This document shows, piece after piece, positions 1 through 9,713 of a stretch of DNA of 17,992 nt. The first letter of the stretch is position 1; every line of letters starts with the position of its first letter. The notes under the pieces were generated by a model. It was not told where the DNA came from, searched no databases, and saw only the letters and a list, made by a program, of their open reading frames with translations. The stretch comes from Octopus sinensis (lineage: Eukaryota). The stretch is taken from positions 1 to 17,992 of the forward strand of contig NW_021824581.1 of the NCBI RefSeq assembly GCF_006345805.1, given 5' to 3'. The position numbers and the translations under genes were made by a program.

Positions 1-500
1 TTAATAGTGATATTGGTGATAGTGATGACAGTAATAGAAATGGTAGCGGTGCCAGCAGTGGTTCTGACAGTGATGGTGGTAGTGGCAGTGGTAGCGGCAG
101 TAATGGTGGCTGCAGTGGTGTAGGTGGTAGTGTTGATAATGGTTACAGCGACGGTGCAGAAGTGGCCCTAGAGATGTTTGTTGTGATGGGGTTAGTGGTT
201 GATGGTGGTGATGATGATTGATGGCGATGGTGACTGATGGTGACTGATGGTGATGATTGCATTGGTTCTGAAGGGGGAGGTGGTATTTGTGGTGACAGTG
301 GTGGAGTAGAAGTGGTCGTCGTTATAGAGGTGATAGTAGTAATAGCTGTAAAGGTGACAGTGGTGTTGGTGTTGTTGTTGTTGGTGATGGTGGTGGTAAC
401 CTTGACAACTGTGAATGTGTAGTAGTAGTAGTGGGGTGGTGGTGGTGGTGAGTGTGGTTGTAGTGGTACTATGTGGTTGTGATGGTGGTGGTTGAACATT
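1..500. repeat. Degenerate trinucleotide mosaic (GGT/GAT/GTA/GTG), low complexity
   Basis: Continuous triplet periodicity, e.g. ggtgatagtgatgacagtaat and gtggtggtg. The overlapping ORFs are compositional artefacts. Confidence 0.9.
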
Positions 501-510
501 GCGTGGGTGG

Positions 511-606
511 TATGTATATGCATGTATGTATGTATATATGTATGTATGCATGTATGTGTGCATGCATGTATGTGTGTATATGCATGTATGTATGTATGTA
601 TGTGTG

Positions 607-637
<31 letters not shown>

Positions 638-770
638 TTGTATGTATGTATGTATGTACGTACGTACGTATGTATGTATGTGTGTATGTATGTGTGTATC
701 TATGTATGTATGTGTCCATGTATGTATGTATGTATGTATGTGTGCATGTGTGTGTATGTATATATGTATG
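511..770. repeat. (TATG)n microsatellite with TG/CG variants
   Basis: Dozens of tatg units directly visible. Confidence 0.95.
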
Positions 771-1480
771 TTATTGTGTATACCAAATACTGTAGACTAC
801 ATTGTTTTAACACATGTCGAGTATGACAGAAGTTCCAAGTAAGTTTCAAGCAAGATTGAGTAACAGCTTACACTCAAGTAATATGTTCATTTGAGTGTGA
901 GAAATAGGTTATACTTGAATGAGGGTGTCAGGCAGCACTGAAGTGTTAATCAGCTGTCAGTAGACTTCATAATTAAAAACTATAACATGCTCGAATGGTT
1001 TTGAATTAATCTACCTATAAGATAAACTTTAGTTATCTCACCTGTTTTGTCAAAAGCTGTGACATGAAACCAAAAGAAACACAAAGAATGATGATCCAAC
1101 AAATGGTCATCTAAGTGAATGAGTGACATGCTAGAAATAGCAGATAAATTTTCTTTATATTATTCTTTACTGTGTTAAATAACGGAATGTGATATTGGAT
1201 TATGTGACCCTCGATATGTCTCTAAAAAAAGACATGTTAGTCACTTCTGGAATGTCTTTGATTTATAGATGTGCCTGATTGATGTTATTCTGGAGCTAAA
1301 CAACAACAACAACAGCATCATAAGAGGGATCCTCTACATGGTTGTTCAAACCACCAAAGATAGTGACAGCACACTTGTCGTATACCTGAGTACTGTATAC
1401 AATAAATTCATTTCTTTATTATTATTCAAAATCTTGCTCAATTCTTACCCTACCTACTTAAGCAGTGAAAGAATGTACTA

Positions 1481-1675
1481 AATAACGATTTCAAATTTTG
1501 AGACAAGGCCAGAAAGTTTGGGGTAGTGGGCAAGTTGATCACATTGACCCCAAGTGTGCAACTGGTACCTCTTTTATCAACTTTGAAAGGACAAAAGGCT
1601 AAGTCGACCCCAGTGAAGCGTAAAGATGGATGAAATGCCACTAAGCAATTATGCTCAGCATTCTAACAATTCTGG
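1481..1675 (-). mobile_element. Degenerate SINE family B, variant with a ggccttgt... tail; B-box region deleted
   Basis: Aligns by eye with 2340-2520 (attgaccccaagtgtgcaactggtac, aaaggctaagtcgacc, ctaagcaatt). The tail resembles that of 13900-13936. Confidence 0.7.
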
Positions 1676-1844
1676 AAACCTTTAACATACCTCCAAAAGG
1701 CAGTCACAGACAAAATGTCTTTGATTATAATTATTAGACTGAGGAAAAAGTTTGTGCTCTGTGTTAAAATAATCCTTTTTTTAAAATATATTTTTGCAGT
1801 GTGTGTGTTTATTCAGTTCATGTTATGTTCAATGGTGACACACT

Positions 1845-2195
1845 GTTGAAAAGTACCCAAGACTTGTTTGTCAATAACGCACTTTGTTTCAACCAGACAA
1901 TGCAGAGCCACATACAGTCAGAAAGACCAGCAACAAGATTGAAGAATTGGACGGTGTGGAAGTTCTGATGCATCCAGCCTATAGTCCAGATGTTGCTTCA
2001 TCTGACTACGGTCTCTTCCAATCAAAGCAGCATTTTATGAAAGGTTGCTGATTTGAGTCATTCGAAGAAGTTGAAGAAACCTGTCAAGAATTTTTCAATT
2101 CAAAACCAAAGGATTGGTACTTTGACCAAATCTGAAAGCTTGCAGATTGTAGGCAGAAGGTCGTGGAAAATGATGGCCTTTATCTTGAAGAATAG
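1845..2195 (+). pseudogene. Mariner (Tc1/mariner) transposase C-terminal remnant
   Basis: One frame reads EKYPRLVCQ*RTLFQPDNAEPHTVRKTSNKIEELDGVEVLMHPAYSPDVASSDYGLFQSKQHFMKGC*FESFEEVEETCQEFFNSKPKDWYFDQI*KLADCRQKVVENDGLYLEE*. It contains the mariner DNA(R)PH and HP(P)YSPD(L)A(P)SD motifs. In-frame stops at 1875, 2049 and 2133; terminal TAG at 2193-2195; AATAAA at 2208-2213. Confidence 0.93.
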
Positions 2196-2295
2196 TTTTT
2201 AATTTTGAATAAATTCTTGCATAAAAAATCATTCCTGAATCTAGTATAATTAGAGGTCTGGTGAATCAGTGTTGACCAGAGCCTAAGCAACAAGT

Positions 2296-2522
2296 TATTT
2301 CTTTATTGCCCACAAGGGGCTGAACATAGAGGGGATAAACAAGGACAGACAATGGGATTAAGTCGATTACATCGACCCCAGTGTGCAACTGCTACTTAAT
2401 TTATCGACTCCGAAAGGATGAAAGGCAAAGTCGACCTCGGCGGAATTTGAACTCAGAATGTAACGGCAGACGAAATACTGCTAAGCATTTCACCTGGCGT
2501 GCTAACGTTTCTGCCAGCTCGC
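2296..2522 (-). mobile_element. SINE family B, near full length, tRNA-like head
   Basis: The minus strand starts GCGAGCTGGCAGAAACG (A-box-like) and has GAGTTCAAATTCC (B-box-like, 2442-2454). It ends GGGCAATAAAGAAATA. It matches 12718-12940. A direct repeat gcaacaa at 2287-2293 and 2521-2527 is a candidate TSD. Confidence 0.9.
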
Positions 2523-2544
2523 AACAAATACAACATAGGTAATA

Positions 2545-2740
2545 TCTTGTTTCAGTCGTTAGAGTGTGGCCATGCTGGGGCACTGCCTTGAAGAATGTTT
2601 TAGTCGAATGAATCAATGCCAGTCCTTATTTTTTAAAGCCTGGCACTTATCCCTTTTACTGAACTGCTAAGTTATGGGAATGTAAAGACACCAACTCTGG
2701 TTGTCAAGCAGTGGAGGGGGAACAAACACAGACACACACC
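2545..2740 (-). mobile_element. SINE family A, 3' half only
   Basis: Reverse complement of the tail at 3141-3345 (cttgacaacc...cagcatggcc...gactgaaacaag). Confidence 0.85.
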
Positions 2741-2813
2741 TGTATATGTATATATATACTGTATCATTTTGTTCCCCCACCACTACTTGACAACTCTATA
2801 ACCTGCCATAACC

Positions 2814-2814
<1 letters not shown>

Positions 2815-2872
<58 letters not shown>

Positions 2873-2898
2873 ATATATTATATATATATATTATATAA

Positions 2899-2933
<35 letters not shown>
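2815..2933. repeat. Compound (TC)n(TA)n microsatellite
   Basis: Directly visible. Confidence 0.95.
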
Positions 2934-2936
<3 letters not shown>

Positions 2937-2958
2937 ATCTTAGTATAATGTAATACTA

Positions 2959-3370
2959 GGCGCAGGAGTGGCTGTGTGGTAAGTAGCTTGCTAACCAACC
3001 ACATGGTTCCGGGTTCAGTCCCACTGCGTGGCATCTTGGGCAAGTGTCTTCTGCTATAGCCCCGGGCCGACCAATGCCTTGTGAGTGGATTTGGTAGACG
3101 GAAACTGAAAGAAGCCTGTTGTATATATATATATATATGTGTGTGTGTTTGTGTGTCTGTGTTTGTTCCCCTAGCATCGCTTGACAACCAATGCTGGTGT
3201 GTTTACGTCCCCGTCATTTAGCGGTTCGGCAAAAAAGAGACCGATAGAATAAGTACTGGGCTTACAAAGAATAAGTCCCGGGGTCGAGTTGCTCGATTAA
3301 AGGTGGTGCTCCAGCATGGCCGCAGTCAAATGACTGAAACAAGTAAAAGAGAAAAGAGAGAAAAAGAGAA
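2959..3370 (+). mobile_element. SINE family A, full length: tRNA-like head, CORE-like segment, internal (TA)/(TG) tract, tail
   Basis: A-box-like TGGCTGTGTGG (2969-2979) and B-box-like GGTTCAGTCCC (3012-3022). ggcatcttgggcaagtg resembles the MIR/CORE motif. Ends in an (aaaagag)-type tail. tRNA-derived SINEs named OK, OR1 and OR2 are known from Octopus; which name applies here is not verified. Confidence 0.9.
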
Positions 3371-3458
3371 TATGTCTGAATAATTGATAGGATATTCACA
3401 GATGTGACACTTTTAATCATTCGTTATCAGGGTTAGAGCTGACCTTGAGCTAGTGACC

Positions 3459-3500
3459 ATCACCACCACCACCACCACCACCACCGCCACCTTCACCATG
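3459..3500. repeat. (CAC)n trinucleotide repeat
   Basis: Directly visible. Confidence 0.9.
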
Positions 3501-3603
3501 ACATCTACATTATCATATTTCAATATTCTAGTGATTATTTCTAAATTCATCATACATCCAGAAATAGTCACCGAGTATCTCAAAATAGACAGAGTATCTA
3601 TAG

Positions 3604-3715
3604 AGGCAAGGAATTGATAGCGCATAGAAAGAAATTCCATATGATATTTCCTCTGACTCTCTGTGTTCTGGGTTCAAACCCCACTCATGTCAACTTCATT
3701 TTTCATCCTTTCCAG
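3604..3715 (+). mobile_element. Degenerate head fragment of SINE family B
   Basis: gttctgggttcaaacccc...gtcaacttcatttttcatcctttcc aligns with gttctgagttcaaattcc...gtcgactttgcctttcatcctttc. A 13-bp direct repeat aggcaaggaattg lies at 3604-3616 and 3720-3732. Confidence 0.6.
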
Positions 3716-3824
3716 TCTAAGGCAAGGAATTGGAATAAATGGGAAAACATTGAACTGAGTGTTTAATAGGATTTCTTTTGACCCTTTGTGTTCTTGGAAG
3801 GTAGATTTAATCCATTACCTGGGG

Positions 3825-4190
3825 TTAGCCCTTTCATTACTGTTTTTCTGTTGAAATACATTGCTTTTGCTTCCATTAGTTTTCAAAATAATAAAGAATT
3901 TAATAAAATAACAGTTATGTGATTAGAATGTTGCTGGAGAGAACCACTATACTTAGGGGTAGACCAAAAAGGAAATGGTCTCAGTTGGTCATGGTTAGGA
4001 AGCCATCTAGAAAGTCTAATGACAATTGCTTTTGATGGGACCCGATGGGGGAAGTGCCTGGGCACTCTATTCCCACAGCCCTCAGAAGAATAGTGGGCAA
4101 AGAAGACAGATGGATGGGTAATTTCAAAACAGGGAATTTGAATCATAAAATCTAAGGCAGTTTCATATAAGTTCGTATGAAACGAATTAA
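3825..4190. mobile_element. Possible degenerate TTAA-type non-autonomous DNA element (piggyBac/Kolobok-like ends)
   Basis: The left end ttagccctttcattac and the right end (reverse complement ttaattcgtttcatac) are weakly inverted, and the right end is TTAA (4187-4190). I recall similar TTAACCCTTT-ended repeats from octopus DNA; not verified. Confidence 0.35.
3937..3990 (+). pseudogene. Short LINE-like remnant encoding an RGRPxxxW motif
   Basis: Reads ERTTILRGRPKRKWSQLV, comparable to EGTCGRGRPRQTWDEVV in the RTE at about 16821-16871. Short, so could be chance. Confidence 0.3.
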
Positions 4191-4199
4191 TGCTACCAT

Positions 4200-4431
4200 C
4201 CTGTGCTGGTGCCACATAAAAAAATCGGCCATGCTGGAGCTGCTTATAAAGCCTTCATGCTAGTGCTATTTAAAAAGAACTCAATACACTTTGTAAAGCG
4301 GTTGCCATTAAGAGGGGCATCCAGATGTAGAAACCTTGTCAAAACAGACAATTGGGGCCTGGTGCAGCTCTTCAGCTGACCAGCTTCTTTCAAACTGTCC
4401 AACCCACACCAGAATCAAAAATGGATGTTAA

Positions 4432-4478
<47 letters not shown>
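4200..4478 (+). mobile_element. RTE LINE 3'-end copy (C1) with (GAT)n tail
   Basis: Matches 17380-17570 (ggcatccag.tgtagaaac, gcctggtgcagc, gtccaaccc, gttaaa). The tail is about 15 ATG units at 4432-4478. Confidence 0.85.
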
Positions 4479-4950
4479 CTTGATTTTGAGCACTGGGAGT
4501 AGAATTCACTAAGTTACGAGCATACAGTTGAGATCTATCTTTCGATGATGACTCCTTATCCCCAGTCTTGGAGACTCTTAAAGAAATAATATTTCATGGG
4601 TTCTGCAGCAAACAAAGAAAATCAAACATACCAACAAATGATGTTAGATATTGGCAGAAAGCCTGTGTCAAGAATATTGAATGCTTAGAGATGTGCAAGG
4701 AAGATTGTGCAGGTATAGACATGTGTTCTACATAAACAAAGACCATTGACTGGAACACAGCTATGGAATTCTAGTAAAGAGTATATGCATGAGACTGTGG
4801 TAAACTGAAGAAAATTAAAGATGAGGTAATCCCTTTTGAGTTTAGATAGTTTTAGCACTGATAGCACCATGTGTGTTTTTACATATATATATGCACTCAC
4901 ATATATATACACATGTGTGTGTGTGAGTGTATATATATATATATTATATA

Positions 4951-5270
4951 TCATTATCATCATCATTGTTTAACGTCCGTTTTCCATGCTAGCATGGGTT
5001 GGACGGTTCGACCAGGGTCTGGGAAGCCAGAAGGCTGCACCAGGCTCCTGTCTGATCTGGCAGTGTTTCTACAGCTGGATGCCCTTCCTAACTCCAAGCA
5101 CTCCATGAGTGTAGTGGGTGCTTTTTATGTGCCACTGGCACAGGTGCCAGGGGAGGCTGGCAACGGACACGATCGGTTGGTGGGTTTTACATGCCACCAG
5201 CATGGAAGCCAGTCAAGGTGGCACTGGCATCGGCCATGTTTGGATGGTGCTTTTTATGTGCCACCAGCAT
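4951..5270 (-). mobile_element. RTE LINE 3'-end copy (C2)
   Basis: The reverse complement matches 17190-17560, including array units and a (GAT)-like tail. Confidence 0.92.
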
Positions 5271-5284
5271 AGAGTTATATATAT

Positions 5285-5490
5285 ATAATGGGAAGGTTTA
5301 CGAAAATAAACAAAAGACGAAGGCAGGTGGAGTACAAACAAACAAATGTATTAGTATGGTGCTCAGGAATAGAAATAGAACAAGTCTTTTACATTTCGAG
5401 CATATGCTCTTCGACAGAAAGATACACAGAAAAAAAAGAAGGAGATAAACAAGGAGAGAGAAAAATGCGTGAAGGAGCTAATGATCTATG
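5285..5490 (-). mobile_element. Probable Penelope-like element terminal (pLTR) fragment
   Basis: Non-microsatellite segment between TA runs that carries a minimal hammerhead-like motif of the type known at Penelope-like element ends. No RT or GIY-YIG coding is seen, and the boundaries are approximate. Confidence 0.5.
5385..5422 (-). ncRNA. Minimal type I hammerhead-ribozyme-like motif (degenerate core)
   Basis: Minus strand: UCUUU-CUGUCGA-A-GAGC(AUAU)GCUC-GAAA-UGU-A-AAAGA. Stem I is 5 bp and stem II is 4 bp. It deviates from the canonical core at A6 (here U), and stem III is AUGU rather than palindromic ACGU. Confidence 0.6.
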
Positions 5491-5532
5491 AGTATATCTA
5501 TTAAACATAGATATATGTATATTTGTATATAT

Positions 5533-5838
5533 GGGTGCCGGTAGGCACATGAAAAACATTCGAGCGAGGTTGTTGCCAGTGTTGCTGGACTGGCTCCTGT
5601 GGAGGTGGCACGTAAAAATCACCACTTGAGTATGGCCGTTGCCAGTACCGCCTGACTGGCCCGCGAGCTGGTGGCACGTAAAAGCACCCACTACATTCTC
5701 GGAGTGGTTGGCATTAGAAACTCTGCCAGATCAGATTGGAGCCTGGTGTGGCCATCTGGTTTGCCAGTCCTCAGTCAAATCGTCCAACCCATGCTAGCAC
5801 GGAGAGCGAACGTTAAACGATGAGGATGATGATGATGA
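5533..5838 (+). mobile_element. RTE LINE 3'-end copy (C3)
   Basis: Matches 17250-17570 and has a GAT tail. Relative to 17422-17450 it has a 19-bp internal deletion at about 5717 between TAG microhomologies (cattag|aaact). Confidence 0.92.
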
Positions 5839-6279
5839 AGGGTGTGTGTGTGTGTGCAGTGAAGGATGGGTATAGTCAAGAGATAGATGGGAAACGGCAG
5901 AGATAGAAAATGCCAGCAAGTAAAAATTGACATTCAACTGATGGGGATAATGTATGTATATGGGTGATGTGTAAGTGTGTGTCTATGCTATAGTGTACAT
6001 GGATTTCTGTGTACATTTGTACTTATGCAATGAAAACTTATTTTTTACATACACACAGGCACACACACACACTCATACATTAACATGAAAATATATTGAC
6101 ATACATACAAATGCACATACATTCACACACATATGCATACATTCGTATGTACATACATACATAACTAAATACATTTACATTCACCCTGTTTAGAATGTAT
6201 CAAGATTTTCATTGAAGTGTGGTCTTTTAGATCGTTTGATCATAACTATCTCATCCTCACACATGTACATGCATACATA

Positions 6280-6370
6280 TATATATACACACATAAAGAT
6301 GTGTGTGTGTGCATGTGATGTCTGCATCTATGTGCATATGTATATATACATATATGCATATTTATGAAAG

Positions 6371-6403
<33 letters not shown>

Positions 6404-6476
6404 CTGTATATACATACATATATGTATATATATATACATGCATATACAAACATTTATATGTATGTATGTGTGTATG

Positions 6477-6507
<31 letters not shown>

Positions 6508-6595
6508 ATATAAATGCATATATATGTATATAAATATATATATTATATATATACACACATATATACATATATATATATACATACATATATATATG

Positions 6596-6636
<41 letters not shown>

Positions 6637-6680
6637 CATATATATATGTATGCATATACACATATATATGTGTGTATATA

Positions 6681-6730
<50 letters not shown>

Positions 6731-6760
6731 CATGCATGTATACGAACGCAATGGATATAT
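6280..6760. repeat. Compound (TA)n/(TG)n/(CA)n microsatellite field
   Basis: Directly visible; source of the I/Y-rich ORFs. Confidence 0.95.
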
Positions 6761-6881
6761 GATATATTATGTGTATTGCAAAGGAACTTTTGCGCGTAAG
6801 AGATTTTATATCTGTATAAGTGTTTGTGTGTCAGAGAGGTATGCCATACTGTGTTAGACACATTTATGGGTGTAACCATGT

Positions 6882-6950
6882 GTGGAGGCGGTGGTGGTGG
6901 TGGCGGCGGCGATGGCAGTGGTGGTGGTGGTGTTAGTTGTTTGTGGTGGT
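6882..6950. repeat. (GGT/GGC)n trinucleotide tract
   Basis: Directly visible. Confidence 0.9.
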
Positions 6951-7299
6951 GTGTAAAAACAGTCAACACCCTCCTGCAACACGTTCTTCTCTCTTCTCGT
7001 ACATATTTCAACTATTTCAATAGTTGTGAACACACTTTTGTAACATGCGAGTTACTGAACAGGTTTTTTAGCTGACTGAAAGGGCTACATCAGCGTAGTG
7101 ACGAATATGCATACATATATCATGCATGAATGCATGTGTGCATTCATACATACGCAAGATGCTGACACACATATGTGCATATTACATGTGTGTATATGCA
7201 TATATTAAATCATTTCACTTGTTATGCTCCATGGCATTTCCAACAAATTAAACATGTTAATGAACAATAATGTGATAATGTACATAAAAATGTGTGTAA

Positions 7300-7371
7300 T
7301 ATAATATATATCTATATGCACATATATACATGCATACATACATACATATATATATATGCACTCACACACAC

Positions 7372-7422
<51 letters not shown>

Positions 7423-7681
7423 TATATATATGCACATATATATATATAATGTTTAACACACACACACACGTGCGTGCACATACAGAGAAGCACATAAAAT
7501 TAAATGTATATTCTTATCTTCGTTAATGTTTTAATTCCGTTGAAAATGCCATAGAGCATGACAAGTGTAATGATTTAATGCATATATACATGTATAAATG
7601 CATACATACACACACATACATACATACGTACATGCATACATACATACATACATACATACATACATACATACATACACATAC

Positions 7682-7737
<56 letters not shown>

Positions 7738-7807
7738 ATATACATATATACATACATATATATATACATATATATATATACATACATATATATATATATA
7801 TATAATA

Positions 7808-7864
<57 letters not shown>

Positions 7865-7870
7865 ATTATA
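7300..7870. repeat. Compound (TA)n/(CATA)n/(CA)n microsatellite field with a short unique island at about 7490-7575
   Basis: Directly visible. Confidence 0.9.
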
Positions 7871-8261
7871 TGCAACAATGAAAAACAGCTGTATGTCCAG
7901 GCTATAGATTTCTATTTGTGTTTTTTTTTCTATTGTAGATATGCTGGACCATGCTGCAGCAGATTTGCATAGAAAGTCCTGAAATACTGGTGTTCTTCAA
8001 CAAAAAAAATAAAAAAAAAAAGATGATGCCAACTGATTTGCATCCCTCAAATGCACTCAGCTTGTGAGTGGAACAGGGAAAATTTGTAAAACATCCCAAA
8101 TATTCCTCTGTTAGTGTTCCTAACTTGAACATAGTTATGATTACATATACATACAGCATTCCCCCCCCCCCCCACACCACACCACACCACCGCTGCTGCC
8201 GCCGCCGCCACCACCACCACCACGCACAAAGAGTAAAGAAGCTTGCACACACTTCTTGTTT

Positions 8262-8747
8262 TTCATTTTCCCTGTTTCAGTCACTGAACTGTGGCCATGC
8301 TGGGGCACTGCCTTGCAGAATTTTGGTCAAACGAATCATATTCAGTACTTGTTATTTTCTTCTCTTTTTCTTTTTTTTTTTTTTATAAACCTGGTACTTA
8401 TTCTATCAGTCTTTTTTTCTTTTTTGCCATGCTGCTAAGTTACAGGGATGTAAACAAACAAACACTGCTTGTTAAGCATTAGTGGGGGACAAACACAGAC
8501 ATAAAACACACACACACACATGCACATGCACACACACGGATGCACACACATGGATGCACACACACATGCACACACATATCTCTATGTGATGAGCTTCTTT
8601 CAGTTTCCATCTACCATATCCACTACAAAGCTGTGGTCTGCCCAAGGCTATAGTAGAAGACAATTGCCCAAGGTGCCACGCAGTGGGATTGAACCTTGAA
8701 CCATATGGTCGGGAAGCAAGCTACTTACCACACAGCCACACCTGTAT
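8262..8747 (-). mobile_element. SINE family A, full length
   Basis: Head (ccacacagccacacctg at 8728-8744), CORE-like segment (ttgcccaaggtgccacgcagtggg), internal CA-rich tract (about 8505-8580) and tail all match 2959-3350. It has T-run expansions. Confidence 0.9.
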
Positions 8748-8921
8748 GTATAATGAAGCAGGCACACACTTGTATACTAAAGTGATATTCACACACATCC
8801 TTCTTATCTCTTATCACTCATCTCTCTCATTCATGCCTCTTACTCTGAGAAGTTGCTGGCAAGAGAGCAGATACGTGAGCTGAAGAGGACCATTCGTAAG
8901 TTATGTCAAGTACATGATAAC

Positions 8922-9152
8922 CTCCCTGGTGTCAGTGGTGGGGAAAGATATACTCATTACATTCTGTGATTGGTATTAGAAAGAGCATACAACAACAGAA
9001 ATCATGTCAAGCATGAACCATATAAGCAAGGTAGAAAGCTCTGGCCCATCTAAGAAAGAAGTACCTTTGATTATGTGCCAACTCAGACCATGGTGACCTG
9101 TCTAACAAATGTCAGCATGGAGAGGGAACTTAAAATGATGAGGATGATAATG
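8922..9152 (+). mobile_element. Old, degenerate RTE 3'-end copy (C4)
   Basis: cattacattct, ggtattagaaagagcat, gtctaacaaatgtcagcatgga and the tail aatgatgaggatgat align in order with C3. Confidence 0.6.
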
Positions 9153-9171
9153 TGCCGGTGATAATATATTC

Positions 9172-9701
<530 letters not shown>

Positions 9702-9713
9702 ATATATATACTT

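Noticed and set aside
143-842. Long ORFs (up to 175 aa) rich in H/T/Y/V/C/M, and a G/S/D-rich open frame at about 3-220
   Set aside because: Direct translations of trinucleotide mosaics and (TATG)n; no domain-like content.
1299-1320. (AAC)n giving poly-N or poly-Q in ORF 1269-1481
   Set aside because: Short microsatellite; the peptide is unrecognisable and the Q frame is closed by nearby stops.
2221-2250. Possible 3' terminal inverted repeat of the mariner remnant, ending near TA
   Set aside because: No matching 5' TIR in the window, so the boundary cannot be supported.
2959-3030. tRNA gene (A and B boxes present)
   Set aside because: No complete cloverleaf; it continues into SINE body, and several diverged copies exist in the window.
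3883-4215. 110-aa minus-strand ORF
   Set aside because: Runs across several unrelated repeat remnants; no recognisable motif.
6303-7878. Many I/Y-rich ORFs, including 6454-7011 (185 aa); the same applies at 11362-11949, 14108-14513 and 15266-15920
   Set aside because: Dinucleotide and tetranucleotide repeats lack stop codons in some frames.
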